Source of the DNA: Candidatus Culexarchaeum nevadense
GTDB taxonomy: Archaea > Thermoproteota > Methanomethylicia > Culexarchaeales > Culexarchaeaceae
Assembly (NCBI GenBank): GCA_025060975.1
Contig: JANZKA010000004.1
Coordinates: 1-62,595, forward strand
Direction: 5' to 3'
Length of the DNA stretch: 62,595 nt
Shown here: piece after piece, positions 29,464 through 39,411 of the stretch
Position numbering within the stretch: position 1 is the stretch's first letter
Layout: the number at the start of each line of letters is the position of its first letter
Made by a program: the position numbers and the translations under genes
Notes under the pieces: generated by a model
What the model saw: only the letters and a program-made list of their open reading frames with translations
The model's database searches: none
Told to the model about the DNA's origin: nothing

Positions 29464-30294
29464 TTAAAATTCAGTTTCATAGTTAAATATGTTTGTATGC
29501 AACAAATGTTTACCTTTATATAGTGAAAAACGTTCATTCAATATATCTATGCTACTTTGTGTGAAAATTGTTAATCTACCAGGATTACCTCCAGGAGCCA
29601 GATGCATAACGCTTAAATCACGTGCGTTAACAACGTCTAAACCAGGAAAGTTCTTCACAGAATTTATAAGTGGATAAGTGTTGGAGACTACTATTAAAGG
29701 GCCTTTACCAACTTTGTATCTTCTACCTCTAAGTTTACCCTTGCCAGCTCTAATCTTTATACCTTCTTTAACTCTTTCAATATCCGCCCAGAAACCCAAT
29801 TTAAGTGCAATATCTCTAAATGATTTACTCTTCTCAACTTTCTCTAATTCATTAGAAACTATTAATGGTATTTGGGGAACTGAAGAAACTAGGTGACCTC
29901 TTCCCGATACAAAGGTTATGTTTGCCGTGGCAGATATTGCTGATAAAATGGCGTAGATACGTTCCTTTTTATTTATTCTTTCATGAACACATTTTTCAAC
30001 TGTGGGTGCATGGGCACTCCTACCACCAACAGTCATGGTTGCAAAAGCAGCTACTCCAGCTTCAGGGTATCCAGAACCTTTAACTCTTGGAACTCTTGCT
30101 ACCCCGTAACCTACACCCCAACTCTTAGCAGTTGTACGCTTACCAGCAAGTGGATCTCTACCCTGAGGTTGAATTCTCGCAGTTAGAGATGATAAATAAG
30201 CTCTTCTAATAATATCTTTCCTAATGGGGATCTGGAAGAACCATGGGGTCTCTATTTCCCCTATCACAGACCCATTTAAATCATATATTTTCAT
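29464..30294 (-). CDS. rpl4: 50S ribosomal protein L4
   Basis: AGKRTTAKSWG.GYGVARVPR, IRAGKGKLRGRRY, HLAPGG.PGRLT. Confidence 0.98.
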   Translation of the reverse strand: MKIYDLNGSVIGEIETPWFFQIPIRKDIIRRAYLSSLTARIQPQGRDPLAGKRTTAKSWGVGYGVARVPRVKGSGYPEAGVAAFATMTVGGRSAHAPTVEKCVHERINKKERIYAILSAISATANITFVSGRGHLVSSVPQIPLIVSNELEKVEKSKSFRDIALKLGFWADIERVKEGIKIRAGKGKLRGRRYKVGKGPLIVVSNTYPLINSVKNFPGLDVVNARDLSVMHLAPGGNPGRLTIFTQSSIDILNERFSLYKGKHLLHTNIFNYETEF

Positions 30295-30298
30295 AGAA

Positions 30299-31294
30299 TC
30301 ACCTCTTAATGTATACCAATCTTGGTTGTCTAATTGGATAGTTTTCTGGCATCCTTATTGCATGTCTAATTTTAACTAATCTTTTTGGAGGACCTGGAAC
30401 TGAACCTTCAATTAAGATATAATTGCTTTTAACTAAACCATAATGGCAAAATCCACCTTTAACATTAATTTCTTCTCCACTTTTTCCAATTTTGAGTATC
30501 CTCTTGTTAAACTCTGTTCTAAGGTGGAACCCCATTTGTCCAGGTCGAGGAACCGTCCACATAACACCTGATGGTGTTCCAGGACCTATAGACCCCACTT
30601 TTCTTGAACCCTTTCTATGCTTATGCCATCTCCCCAAGACTTTTACACCAAATCTTTTAACAACACCTTGAAATCCTTTACCTTTAGTTACCGAAATAAC
30701 ATCAACATACTGTCCTTCCTTAAAAACATCAGCTACGTTTATTTCTGAACCAAGTAGTTTAAAAGCGAAATCCAACTGTTCTTTCAATGTTCCACCATCT
30801 ATCTTTATCTCAAATACTTCAGGTTTTTTCTTGCCAACTCCAGCTTTATTTGGTTGTGTACACGTGATTAACCTAATTTCACTTATTTCGTCCAATTTTG
30901 AATATAACTCATTAATAGATGGAGGTTCCATATTTTCTGGTAACGTAAAAACTCTTTCTAAGGATTTGGGGATTTTATCAGACCATAATTCCGTTAATGA
31001 TCGCAATGCACCATACTTCTTCGAATAAACCCTTATACCAGCAACAAATAGCGGTGGTGTCTCTAAAATTGTTACAGCTTTAATTACTTCCTTGCCAAAC
31101 ATTGGAGTACCCGGTCTATCCTCGATGACACACACATGCGTCATCCCAACCTTGTATCCGGCGAACCCCATTATCCTAACAGTACCTTCAACACTAGGCC
31201 AAGATCTAACTCTTGGAATTATACTCTTAGCTCTAACTCTAGGTGCAAATGCTAAAGACCCTCTTCTCGGGGCGCTGTATTTCCTGCGACCCAA
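30299..31294 (-). CDS. rpl3: 50S ribosomal protein L3
   Basis: PRRGSLAF.PR, GYKVGMTH, TKGKGFQGVVKRFG, GQMGFH.RTE. Confidence 0.98.
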   Translation of the reverse strand: MGRRKYSAPRRGSLAFAPRVRAKSIIPRVRSWPSVEGTVRIMGFAGYKVGMTHVCVIEDRPGTPMFGKEVIKAVTILETPPLFVAGIRVYSKKYGALRSLTELWSDKIPKSLERVFTLPENMEPPSINELYSKLDEISEIRLITCTQPNKAGVGKKKPEVFEIKIDGGTLKEQLDFAFKLLGSEINVADVFKEGQYVDVISVTKGKGFQGVVKRFGVKVLGRWHKHRKGSRKVGSIGPGTPSGVMWTVPRPGQMGFHLRTEFNKRILKIGKSGEEINVKGGFCHYGLVKSNYILIEGSVPGPPKRLVKIRHAIRMPENYPIRQPRLVYIKR

Positions 31295-31356
31295 ACTCCC
31301 TCACCAGATAACCTTTAGTGGAAAATATTAATCATATATATTTATCTTTTGCGTGC

Positions 31357-32217
31357 TCAAATATATGGTATAATATTAATGATACTCAAAGTTGCAAGCA
31401 TAGCTTCTTCAGTTCTTACAGTTTCACATCCCTGTAGAGGGATAGTGTTAACTATGAAATGTGCAATATCAGATAACTCCACTCTAAACCGTTTGCATAT
31501 CTCAAAAAGACCTTCATGAGGAGAACCAAATAAAATCAAAATTTTATTGCTTTTTTGAATGGCGTCTTTTATATTGTTGAGAATTTCGTTTATTGGACGC
31601 CCATACCTGGACGTAGCAATCACAAGATCAGCGTTAAAATCCTTTATAGATTCTACCAATCCTTTATGCTTATAATTGACCGTATAGCCCCAATATACAT
31701 TGACATCTTCACGTGATACTACTGACAATTTTAAGGAATCATTTATCTTACTTATTTTGACCGTAATACGCTCCCCCTTTTTCAGCTTCTTTGGAATTAG
31801 AAAAGGTTTATTTAAACCTAAATCCACCAATGATCCATCTTTATAGCTCTTTATCACAATACCATCCCTAAAGTCTCCATCTCTTATATCATTTAAACTT
31901 GTAGCTACAGTATGTGATGGTATTTTTAGTGGAGGGAGAATACCGGCGTATTTAAAGAAAGCAGAAAGAGGATACATTCGTTTTCGAAGATACTGAGGAG
32001 TTTCACAGTATCTCAAGATATTGGCTAATAGTTCCCCCTCATCTTCAACACCATGTCTATCCACGTATATAATTATTTCATCAACTCGAAATATTGCAGC
32101 AGCTCTAGCGATAATCCCAGCTTTCATAGTTTTTTCCCTTAAGTGGGGGAGATCGGCGGTAAGACTGGCAGGTAGAGCCACAGCTAATGGTTTACTTCGC
32201 TTCTCAGGATATAGCAA
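31357..32217 (-). CDS. SPOUT-family RNA methyltransferase (DUF171/COG2106)
   Basis: IARAAAIFRVDEI, ETPQYLRK, FGSPHEGL, NTIPLQGCETVRTEEA; conserved neighbour of rpl3. Confidence 0.92.
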   Translation of the reverse strand: MLYPEKRSKPLAVALPASLTADLPHLREKTMKAGIIARAAAIFRVDEIIIYVDRHGVEDEGELLANILRYCETPQYLRKRMYPLSAFFKYAGILPPLKIPSHTVATSLNDIRDGDFRDGIVIKSYKDGSLVDLGLNKPFLIPKKLKKGERITVKISKINDSLKLSVVSREDVNVYWGYTVNYKHKGLVESIKDFNADLVIATSRYGRPINEILNNIKDAIQKSNKILILFGSPHEGLFEICKRFRVELSDIAHFIVNTIPLQGCETVRTEEAMLATLSIINIIPYI

Positions 32218-32313
32218 GAGAGAACACCACATCCTTATTGTAACCTATCGATTGAAAACATGTAGTATGAAAGGGTGGTATCATATGAAACGTGTGAGCA
32301 TATAGAGTTCAAT

Positions 32314-33759
32314 TCATCCCTTTGCAACAGCTACAGGAATAAATCTGGCAACAAGGGTGGCTATTCCAACATTATGAGATACATTTGCAACCCTATCAAT
32401 GTCTTTATAGGCTTCGGGAGCTTCTTCTATGATTCCATCTCTACTAGCTGCTTTTATCAAAATCCCCCTACTAGCTAACTTTCTAGTTATTTCATTGACT
32501 GTGAATCGTTTTAAAGCTTGTGCACGGCTAAGTAAGCGTCCAGCTCCATGTGCCGTTGATCCAAAACTAATTTCCATAGCTTTCCGTTGACCTAGTAATA
32601 GGTAGGACGCTGTCCCCATCGATCCAGGTATTATTACTGGTTGACCAATATTTCTATATTCTTCAGGCAATTCCGGGTGACCTGCTGGAAATGCTCTCGT
32701 AGCCCCTTTCCTATGCACATAAACTTTACGTGTTTCTCCATCAACTTTATGATCCTCCAATTTAGCTATATTATGTGCTACGTCATATACCATATGCATA
32801 CCCAAAGATTCTGCAGATTGTTTTAGAACCCTTTCAAAGGATTCCCTCACCCAGTGTAATATTAATTGTCTATTAGCCCAAGCATAATTTGACGCACAAG
32901 CCATAGCTGCAAAATAATCTTCAGCTTCCCTACTTTTAGCTGGTGAATACACCAGCTCTCTATCTGGGAATCTAAGATTATACTTCCTAGAAGCCCTCTC
33001 CATAATGACGAGATAATCAGAGCAAACTTGATGTCCGAGTCCACGTGAACCTGTATGTATCATTACAGTAACTTGTCCTTCATGAAAGATACCAAAGGCT
33101 TTAGCTACTCTCTCGTCATATATCTTATCAACAACTTGTATTTCTAAGAAGTGATTTCCACTACCAAGAGTGCCAAGTTGTGGAGCCCCCCTCTCCTTTG
33201 CTTTGCTTGAAACTTTACTTGGATCAGCATTTTTCAAAGAACCATACGCTTCACATCTTTTTATATCCTCTTCCCAGCCGTAGCCGTTTTCAACAGCCCA
33301 TTGAGCACCTCCCATTAATACTTCATCAAGCTGATTTTTAGATAGTCTGATCTTCCCTTCAGAACCAACACCCGATGGGACCATAATGAAAATGGTATCA
33401 AGGAGTTGTGCTATCTTATCCTTAATGTCATTATAGTTTAGGTTTGTACTTATTAACCTAACACCACAATTTATGTCATAGCCCACGCCTCCAGGACTTA
33501 TAATACCCTCTTCAGCGTCAAAAGCAGCGACTCCACCTATTGGAAACCCGTAACCTTCATGTCCATCGGGTAGAACTATTGAAAATTTGTATATGCCAGG
33601 GAGTTTGGCAACATTAATACATTGCTCAAGTGTTCTATCTTCTTTCATTTTTTGAAGTAGCACATCATCAGCGTAAATTATTCCAGGAACCTTCATACCG
33701 GCTGCTGAATCTTTAGGTATAATCCATGTGAAGTCATTTACTCTCTCTATTTTGACCAT
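32314..33759 (-). CDS. rtcB: tRNA-splicing ligase RtcB
   Basis: PDGHEGYGFPIGG, GYDINCGV, GSGNHFLE, HTGSRG, HRKGAT, HGAGR, EEAPEAYK. Confidence 0.98.
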   Translation of the reverse strand: MVKIERVNDFTWIIPKDSAAGMKVPGIIYADDVLLQKMKEDRTLEQCINVAKLPGIYKFSIVLPDGHEGYGFPIGGVAAFDAEEGIISPGGVGYDINCGVRLISTNLNYNDIKDKIAQLLDTIFIMVPSGVGSEGKIRLSKNQLDEVLMGGAQWAVENGYGWEEDIKRCEAYGSLKNADPSKVSSKAKERGAPQLGTLGSGNHFLEIQVVDKIYDERVAKAFGIFHEGQVTVMIHTGSRGLGHQVCSDYLVIMERASRKYNLRFPDRELVYSPAKSREAEDYFAAMACASNYAWANRQLILHWVRESFERVLKQSAESLGMHMVYDVAHNIAKLEDHKVDGETRKVYVHRKGATRAFPAGHPELPEEYRNIGQPVIIPGSMGTASYLLLGQRKAMEISFGSTAHGAGRLLSRAQALKRFTVNEITRKLASRGILIKAASRDGIIEEAPEAYKDIDRVANVSHNVGIATLVARFIPVAVAKG

Positions 33760-33853
33760 GAAATTCCACCTAATATTATGATAATAACAATTTAATAAAA
33801 ACTTTTGTATGTAAATGATATAACTCGAATTTGATGTATTCGATCCTTAGTCC

Positions 33854-34303
33854 TTAAATGTCTAAAACGAACTTTGCAATGAACCTGCCATCTTCATTAT
33901 ATATTTTCATCTGAGAATATGTAATTGCCTTCACTACAGTTCTCCTTTCATGTCTCGTCGGATCAAATTTTTCTCCGAATACAACAGCGTCTAACACGTA
34001 ATTTTCTTCATCAACTTTGGATATTCGTTGAACATTGAAAGAGGAGAAAACAAGCCCTTCGGCATCAAATAGATACAATAGTTCTTCAAGCCATGAGTAT
34101 AGTAATGAAAAAAGATCAAAACCATAAGCATGAACTTCCCTTCTAATTAGTGGTTCTATCTTTGAAGTATCTGTCATAACCTCAAACATGGCTTTTGCTG
34201 CATATTCGAAACATTCATTTAAGCTTTTCCCGAAAGCCATCACATATACATCTGCCTTGTGATCCAGGAAAACAAATCCATGATCACTAGGAGTTTCTGA
34301 CAT
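33854..34303 (-). CDS. Archease (RtcB cofactor)
   Basis: FLDHKADV, LLYSWLEELLY, VKAITYS, FVLDI. Confidence 0.95.
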   Translation of the reverse strand: MSETPSDHGFVFLDHKADVYVMAFGKSLNECFEYAAKAMFEVMTDTSKIEPLIRREVHAYGFDLFSLLYSWLEELLYLFDAEGLVFSSFNVQRISKVDEENYVLDAVVFGEKFDPTRHERRTVVKAITYSQMKIYNEDGRFIAKFVLDI

Positions 34304-34364
34304 AATAGATACTAAGCAAAACAACAATTTTTATTTTATCTAGTTGGAAAATTATTTATGCAGA

Positions 34365-34475
34365 GCCGGGGTGGCCGAGCGGACTAAATAGGAGAAGAGC
34401 CTAGGTCAAGGCGCAGGCCTTGAGAGCCTGTGTCCCTTCGGGGACTCGCGGGTTCAAATCCCGCCCCCGGCGCCA
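34365..34475 (+). tRNA. tRNA-Ser(TGA) with 22-nt D-loop intron (34388-34409), CCA encoded
   Basis: Removing the insert restores GCCGAGCGGACTAAGGC; BHB helix GACT/GGTC with AAA and AAG bulges; CAGGC-CTTGAGA-GCCTG. Confidence 0.93.
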
Positions 34476-34516
34476 AACAAATAAATTAATAAAAGTCGTA
34501 AAGGAAAAAATATGAT

Positions 34517-34853
34517 GGGGGGTGGCGGCTAGGTGGGGTGCTCGGCCTACCCTTGCAGGGGTTCTCCCTGCACCGCAAACGGTCGATATGGCGGACCGAA
34601 GCCGATGCGAGGCATCTCAACAAGTGCTGAACCCCACAACCCAGCAATGAAGCTTCGTCCCATGGGGTGCACGGAGGCGATAGGCTCCTCGGAGGAGGAG
34701 CCGAATCGCCCTTACCAAGCGAACCGGGTTAGGCCAGGAATGGAGCGGCCCTAAGCTTGGACGTGCACGTTCATGGGGTTGCGGGGCTAAGTATGGTGTG
34801 GGATTCTCAGCACTTGGGTGGGATGTCCAGCATCGGCGCGCCGCCACCCCTCC
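34517..34853 (+). ncRNA. ffs: Archaeal SRP (7S) RNA
   Basis: Pairing termini GGGGGGTGGCGG/CCGCCACCCCTCC, helix 6 GGCTCCTC-GGAG-GAGGAGCC, helix 8 AGGCCA-GGAA-TGGAGC, Alu loop-loop TCGGCC/GGTCGA; GC-rich island. Confidence 0.95.
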
Positions 34854-34855
34854 AA

Positions 34856-35791
34856 TTATAGAACCTTCAGATCTTCCAGCAGTTCGCAAGCTCTACATAT
34901 ATCTCTTGTCGTTGGCTCACCACAATATCTACATCTATTTAGTTTTATTTTTATCGAATTTTCTTTATTTATAATTTTATTTATAAAGGCTTCAAATGAT
35001 GAGACTATTGAGAACTTTACATCAGGATGCCTCATTTCATAATCATTTAAAAATGACCTAATTTCACCTCTAAGAGAGAGCCTAGAGAATGGGCATTCGC
35101 TAGAGTATAATTCTATTCCATTGTAATATGCATAGAGGGCTATTTCCCTTTCCGGAATATATTTCATCGGTTTTACACGAGGAACAAACCCTTCACATTC
35201 TTGCGATTCTATTCTGAATGATTCAATTAATCTTTCAATGTCGCCACGTAATATATTCATTAAAATGGTCTGCGCTTCATCATCTAAATTGTGAGCTGTA
35301 GCTATTTTTGTTGCACCAATTTCTTTACTTTTCACATTCAGAATTTTCCTCCTTAAAACACCGCAGTAGGTGCATGGATGATAGGGAGACCCCCTTTTCT
35401 CTGCTTTATCAACCATCTCTTTAAGAGTATACCCATAAAAATCCTTAAATGAAAAAATTAAGTGTTCCACCCCAAAAATACTTGAAAATTTCTTAGCTAT
35501 CTTTATACCTTCTGCACGATATCCGTTAAACCCCTCATCAATAGTAATAGCAGTTAATTTCACATGAGGAAAGTTTTTCTCAATTTTTGAAACAATTTTC
35601 ATCATAACAACGCTATCCTTCCCGCCAGAAACAGCAAGGACTATATGATCATTCCAATCAAAAAGTTTCCCCTTATTTATAGTCCAGCGAACCCTATCTT
35701 CAACATGTTTTATGAAACAATTCTTGCAGTAAGCAACACCAGAAATCCTCTTAAAATATACCGCTTGTTTATCACAAAATGAACATCTCAA
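34856..35791 (-). CDS. tRNA 2-thiolation protein (TtuA/NcsA/Ctu1 family)
   Basis: N- and C-terminal Zn fingers, AVSGGKDS, CTYCGVLRR, TAHNLDD. Confidence 0.92.
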   Translation of the reverse strand: MRCSFCDKQAVYFKRISGVAYCKNCFIKHVEDRVRWTINKGKLFDWNDHIVLAVSGGKDSVVMMKIVSKIEKNFPHVKLTAITIDEGFNGYRAEGIKIAKKFSSIFGVEHLIFSFKDFYGYTLKEMVDKAEKRGSPYHPCTYCGVLRRKILNVKSKEIGATKIATAHNLDDEAQTILMNILRGDIERLIESFRIESQECEGFVPRVKPMKYIPEREIALYAYYNGIELYSSECPFSRLSLRGEIRSFLNDYEMRHPDVKFSIVSSFEAFINKIINKENSIKIKLNRCRYCGEPTTRDICRACELLEDLKVL

Positions 35792-35797
35792 TGGACA

Positions 35798-36982
35798 TCA
35801 CCTTAAAAGCAGCGATTGTGAAACATTAATGAGGAGGAGAAGTAGAGATGTAAATTTCAAAATCTCCAAAAACAGTTCCCCAACACCAATAGATTTGCCC
35901 ATAAAAAATGTTTTCTTTGAATTGAGTGTTTTATGACTTAATAAAACTTCAAAAAATCGCCCTCCATCAAAGAATGGTATTGGAAGCATATTTATGAAGG
36001 CAGCACTTAAGGATATTACCTCAAACCAGTTCAGAAGATTATAGTAATAGTAAGGTAAAAGTGGATTAGACAATAATGGAATAAATGAAGGATAGTAATT
36101 GAAAACCCGTACTCCAAGAAACACTTTTGATGCATTACTTGGATGAGCACCACCAATCATATGAATCTCACCTCGAAGTGTAGTTAGCGTGACGTATGAA
36201 TTTGCAGGTATAGAGCTAAGTATGTTCGAAAATGATAGAGAATCATTAACTTTGATTCCATTAATCTTCAATATGACGTCACCAGTTTTAATACCGTAAA
36301 ATTGTGCTGGTGACCTATCAATAACCTCGACTACAACAACGCCAGAAGGAGAACCATAAAAGGGAGATATGAAAAAGGAGAAATTTGAAATAATAAAAAG
36401 GGCAATAATTCCAGTTATCAAATTTGCCGCCGATCCAGAGGCAAGTATCCTCAATTTAGATAGAACTTTAGCAGAATTCATTTCACCTTCATCCAACTCT
36501 ACAAATCCTCCTCCTAAAAAAATTGCGAATAAAATGCCTACACTCTTAATATTCACATTCTCAGTAAAAGCTGCGATTCCATGCGCAAATTCATGAAAGA
36601 AGAAAACCAATACTACTGAAATTGCAAAATACACTAGGGAATCAAATGAAATAGTAATTCCAGGGATTAGTGGAAGGATTGGTTGAACTTCACCTACTCG
36701 AGAATAGTAGGAGATTATATTTTTTATAAAAAAGTTTATAATAAATAATACTTCACCAATAGCTAGGAAAACACCTATTGTAAACAGTGTCCTCCAAAAT
36801 CTTCTTGCATAACTAGCTATTTTAAAAATGAATTTATTCAATTTTTCAGTCCTCCAAAATAGGACTAAATATGGCTTTATTTCAACATTATATCTTTCTA
36901 ATTTAAATGCTCTATAAAGTATGAATAAAACTGCCCAAAACATGGAAAGATAAACTAAGAATATCGGTATGTCGCTAATCAT
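35798..36982 (-). CDS. Site-2 protease (M50) with PDZ domain
   Basis: HEFAH, NMLPIPFFDGG, PDZ segment SPAQFYGIKTGDVILKING, TM helices. Confidence 0.93.
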   Translation of the reverse strand: MISDIPIFLVYLSMFWAVLFILYRAFKLERYNVEIKPYLVLFWRTEKLNKFIFKIASYARRFWRTLFTIGVFLAIGEVLFIINFFIKNIISYYSRVGEVQPILPLIPGITISFDSLVYFAISVVLVFFFHEFAHGIAAFTENVNIKSVGILFAIFLGGGFVELDEGEMNSAKVLSKLRILASGSAANLITGIIALFIISNFSFFISPFYGSPSGVVVVEVIDRSPAQFYGIKTGDVILKINGIKVNDSLSFSNILSSIPANSYVTLTTLRGEIHMIGGAHPSNASKVFLGVRVFNYYPSFIPLLSNPLLPYYYYNLLNWFEVISLSAAFINMLPIPFFDGGRFFEVLLSHKTLNSKKTFFMGKSIGVGELFLEILKFTSLLLLLINVSQSLLLR

Positions 36983-37040
36983 ATTAACACAACCGACCAA
37001 AAAAACTTAACAATAACTATAAAATAAATTCTTCTTAGAG

Positions 37041-37745
37041 ATGAGGAGGAAGATAATTACCAAAGGTGACTCAAAGAGGGTTGTATACGACCAAGACCAT
37101 TGGAATCTATTTTATAGTTTGAGAAGTAAAGCTAGGGAGATTATGGAAGCATTGAAAAAAGTGGGAATCGATTGCGTAGTACATGGAAGTTTGGCGAGAG
37201 GTGATGTACATAAGGGTAGTGATATAGACATTTTCATACCATACCCAATACCATCATATCTAGTGGAAATAGCACTGGACAAAATAGGTGTAAAAATATA
37301 TAGCAAGGAACTCGTCCAAGCTACACCGAATCATGTAATGAAAGCACATATAGAGTTAGGCGATAATATAATCATAACATTTCCGTTAATGAACATGCGA
37401 CGACTAGAAAGAGAATTTTACAAATTCGGTGGAGAAGTAGACTTAAATGATATTATAAACAATAGGAGAAGACCTGGAGTTACAAAGAGCCTTTTGTTAA
37501 TAGAACCAACAGAAGATGGTCACATAGAGTCACCGATACTTGGAAGAGAAGAGTATGTCGCGAAAGTGTTAGATGTTTCCATAGATATAGTAAAGGAGAG
37601 AGAACGAATACTAATGAGGCGTGATGAAATTGGTAGAACAGGAGTCTATTTCAAATACGTCTTATCGCCAAATGAAAACTTTGAAGAAATATTCAAAAAT
37701 TTGTTAGACAGAAACCCTGCACTAAGAAGAAGGTACAGCATTTAA
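37041..37745 (+). CDS. Nucleotidyltransferase (Pol-beta superfamily, COG2413-like)
   Basis: HGSLARGDVH.GSDIDI, EREFYKFGG, RRDEIGRTGV. Confidence 0.85.
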   Translation: MRRKIITKGDSKRVVYDQDHWNLFYSLRSKAREIMEALKKVGIDCVVHGSLARGDVHKGSDIDIFIPYPIPSYLVEIALDKIGVKIYSKELVQATPNHVMKAHIELGDNIIITFPLMNMRRLEREFYKFGGEVDLNDIINNRRRPGVTKSLLLIEPTEDGHIESPILGREEYVAKVLDVSIDIVKERERILMRRDEIGRTGVYFKYVLSPNENFEEIFKNLLDRNPALRRRYSI

Positions 37746-37795
37746 ATAAGAATATTATCTATGTTAAAAAAGGGGATAATACGATTAACCTAAAC

Positions 37796-38044
37796 ATGAT
37801 AACTCAAAGTCTAGAAGATAAATTTAGGGATATTATAAGCAACTGGATAAATAACCTTGAAAAAAACATCATATGGATAATTTCAATGATAAAAGATGCG
37901 GCTTTAACTATTGGAAGAGCTTCATATTCATCAATGATAATAATTGGAATTATTATGTGGTGTATGAATATACAGAAATATTACGCAAGAAGACTAATAT
38001 ATGGTGGAATAATTCTGGCATTAATTACAGAATTACTAGCTTAA
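37796..38044 (+). CDS. Small hypothetical membrane protein (two predicted TM segments)
   Basis: Fills the intergenic gap, A-rich codon use like other + strand genes, hydrophobic C-terminal half. Confidence 0.7.
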   Translation: MITQSLEDKFRDIISNWINNLEKNIIWIISMIKDAALTIGRASYSSMIIIGIIMWCMNIQKYYARRLIYGGIILALITELLA

Positions 38045-38053
38045 AATTCATAG

Positions 38054-38761
38054 TTATTTGCTAAGGGAGAGTAATATTCTCCTAAAAACGCCCATTAGAG
38101 TGAATGCTTCTCTACCAGATATAAATGATCGTCCAATAATGTGTTTGAATACTATAAAGGCCCTCTCCTTCCTATGCGAAGGGTAATTAATGGCATCTAG
38201 AACTCTCTTAAAATACTCTAAAAGTTTTTCCTTCTCTATTCGGGAGGACTCTCTGAATTTAACAGGTTTATTAGAATTCTTTGATAGAAATAGTTCATAA
38301 AGGATTATGGCAACCGCATGACTTAGGTTGAGAGAGGGATACATGTGGCTTGCAGGTATTGTCACTATGATATCACAAAACTTTAACTCTTCATTTTTTA
38401 GTCCAATACTTTCCCTACCGAAAATTAAACCTATCTTACCATTGACATCTTTAATAGCATCAGCTAGCATTCTAGGTGTAATAGCCATTCTTAATAAATT
38501 GTAATCATGACCATGTTTACTTGTCGTTCCAATATTGAAATCAGTAAAATCTTTCAATTTAGTTAAATCATCAAGAATAATGGCGTTATACAGTATAGGT
38601 TTAGCATGAACCGCATAAATGGAAGCTTCATTAAAATCAATCTTTGGATTTATTAAAATTAAGTGTTTAAAACCAAAATTCATCATAACTCTTGCGACAA
38701 ATCCCACATTACCTGAATATTCAGGTTCAACTAACACTATATAGATATTCTCTAATTCCAT
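38054..38761 (-). CDS. trmJ: tRNA (cytidine32-2'-O)-methyltransferase, TrmJ family
   Basis: IVLVEP..SGNVGFVARVMMNFG, IFGRESIGL, YPSLNLSHAV. Confidence 0.9.
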   Translation of the reverse strand: MELENIYIVLVEPEYSGNVGFVARVMMNFGFKHLILINPKIDFNEASIYAVHAKPILYNAIILDDLTKLKDFTDFNIGTTSKHGHDYNLLRMAITPRMLADAIKDVNGKIGLIFGRESIGLKNEELKFCDIIVTIPASHMYPSLNLSHAVAIILYELFLSKNSNKPVKFRESSRIEKEKLLEYFKRVLDAINYPSHRKERAFIVFKHIIGRSFISGREAFTLMGVFRRILLSLSK

Positions 38762-39378
38762 CTTCTAACCACTCTAATTAAATATAATTTTTCAAAAAAG
38801 AAGCTTTTTTCAAAAATAACTGAAGCTTCAAAACCCATTTCATGTAATTTCTCAAGAGTTTTTTGAAGATCGGATAATGAGGATTGTAAAAACATGAGTT
38901 CACCATTTTTACGGAGTACACGAGAAAAGGTGTTTAAAAAACGATCTATAATTAATCTACCATTCACACCTCCACACCATGCAATTCGCTCTTCTTCATC
39001 AACATAAAGATCACATTTATCAATAGGGAGGTATGGGGGATTAAAAACTATAAAATCGAAGGTTGATGATTTAAACGGGTCTGTAAGATTACCCCTCACT
39101 ACGGACACTTTGTGTCGTGTGGAATTTAGTTTAACATTATACCACGTATTTCTCGTAGCAGTACCACTTATATCAATTGCAACTACATGTTTACAAACTC
39201 TAGTTAGAAGCATAGATAATATACCACATCCACATCCGACGTCCAGTCCACATTCATACTTTTTGTTAAGAGAAATCACTACATCGCAGAACATAAAACT
39301 ATCATCGGATGGACAATAAACTTTTGGAAATACGGTGATTTCAAATCCATAAATATTTAGAAAATGCATATGCTCCAT
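38752..39378 (-). CDS. HemK2/PrmC-like N5-glutamine methyltransferase
   Basis: VYCPSDDS, LDVGCGCG, FNPPYLP. Confidence 0.9.
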   Translation of the reverse strand: MEHMHFLNIYGFEITVFPKVYCPSDDSFMFCDVVISLNKKYECGLDVGCGCGILSMLLTRVCKHVVAIDISGTATRNTWYNVKLNSTRHKVSVVRGNLTDPFKSSTFDFIVFNPPYLPIDKCDLYVDEEERIAWCGGVNGRLIIDRFLNTFSRVLRKNGELMFLQSSLSDLQKTLEKLHEMGFEASVIFEKSFFFEKLYLIRVVRRWN

Positions 39379-39411
39379 AATTATATCACAAACTTTTCAT
39401 TTCATCCTAAC

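Noticed and set aside
287-33759. Inteins in rpoA1, rpoA2 or rtcB
   Set aside because: Protein lengths are normal and no intein-like insertions are visible.
34533-35042. GC-rich ORFs at 34533, 34617 and 34818
   Set aside because: They overlap the SRP RNA, whose GC content suppresses stop codons.
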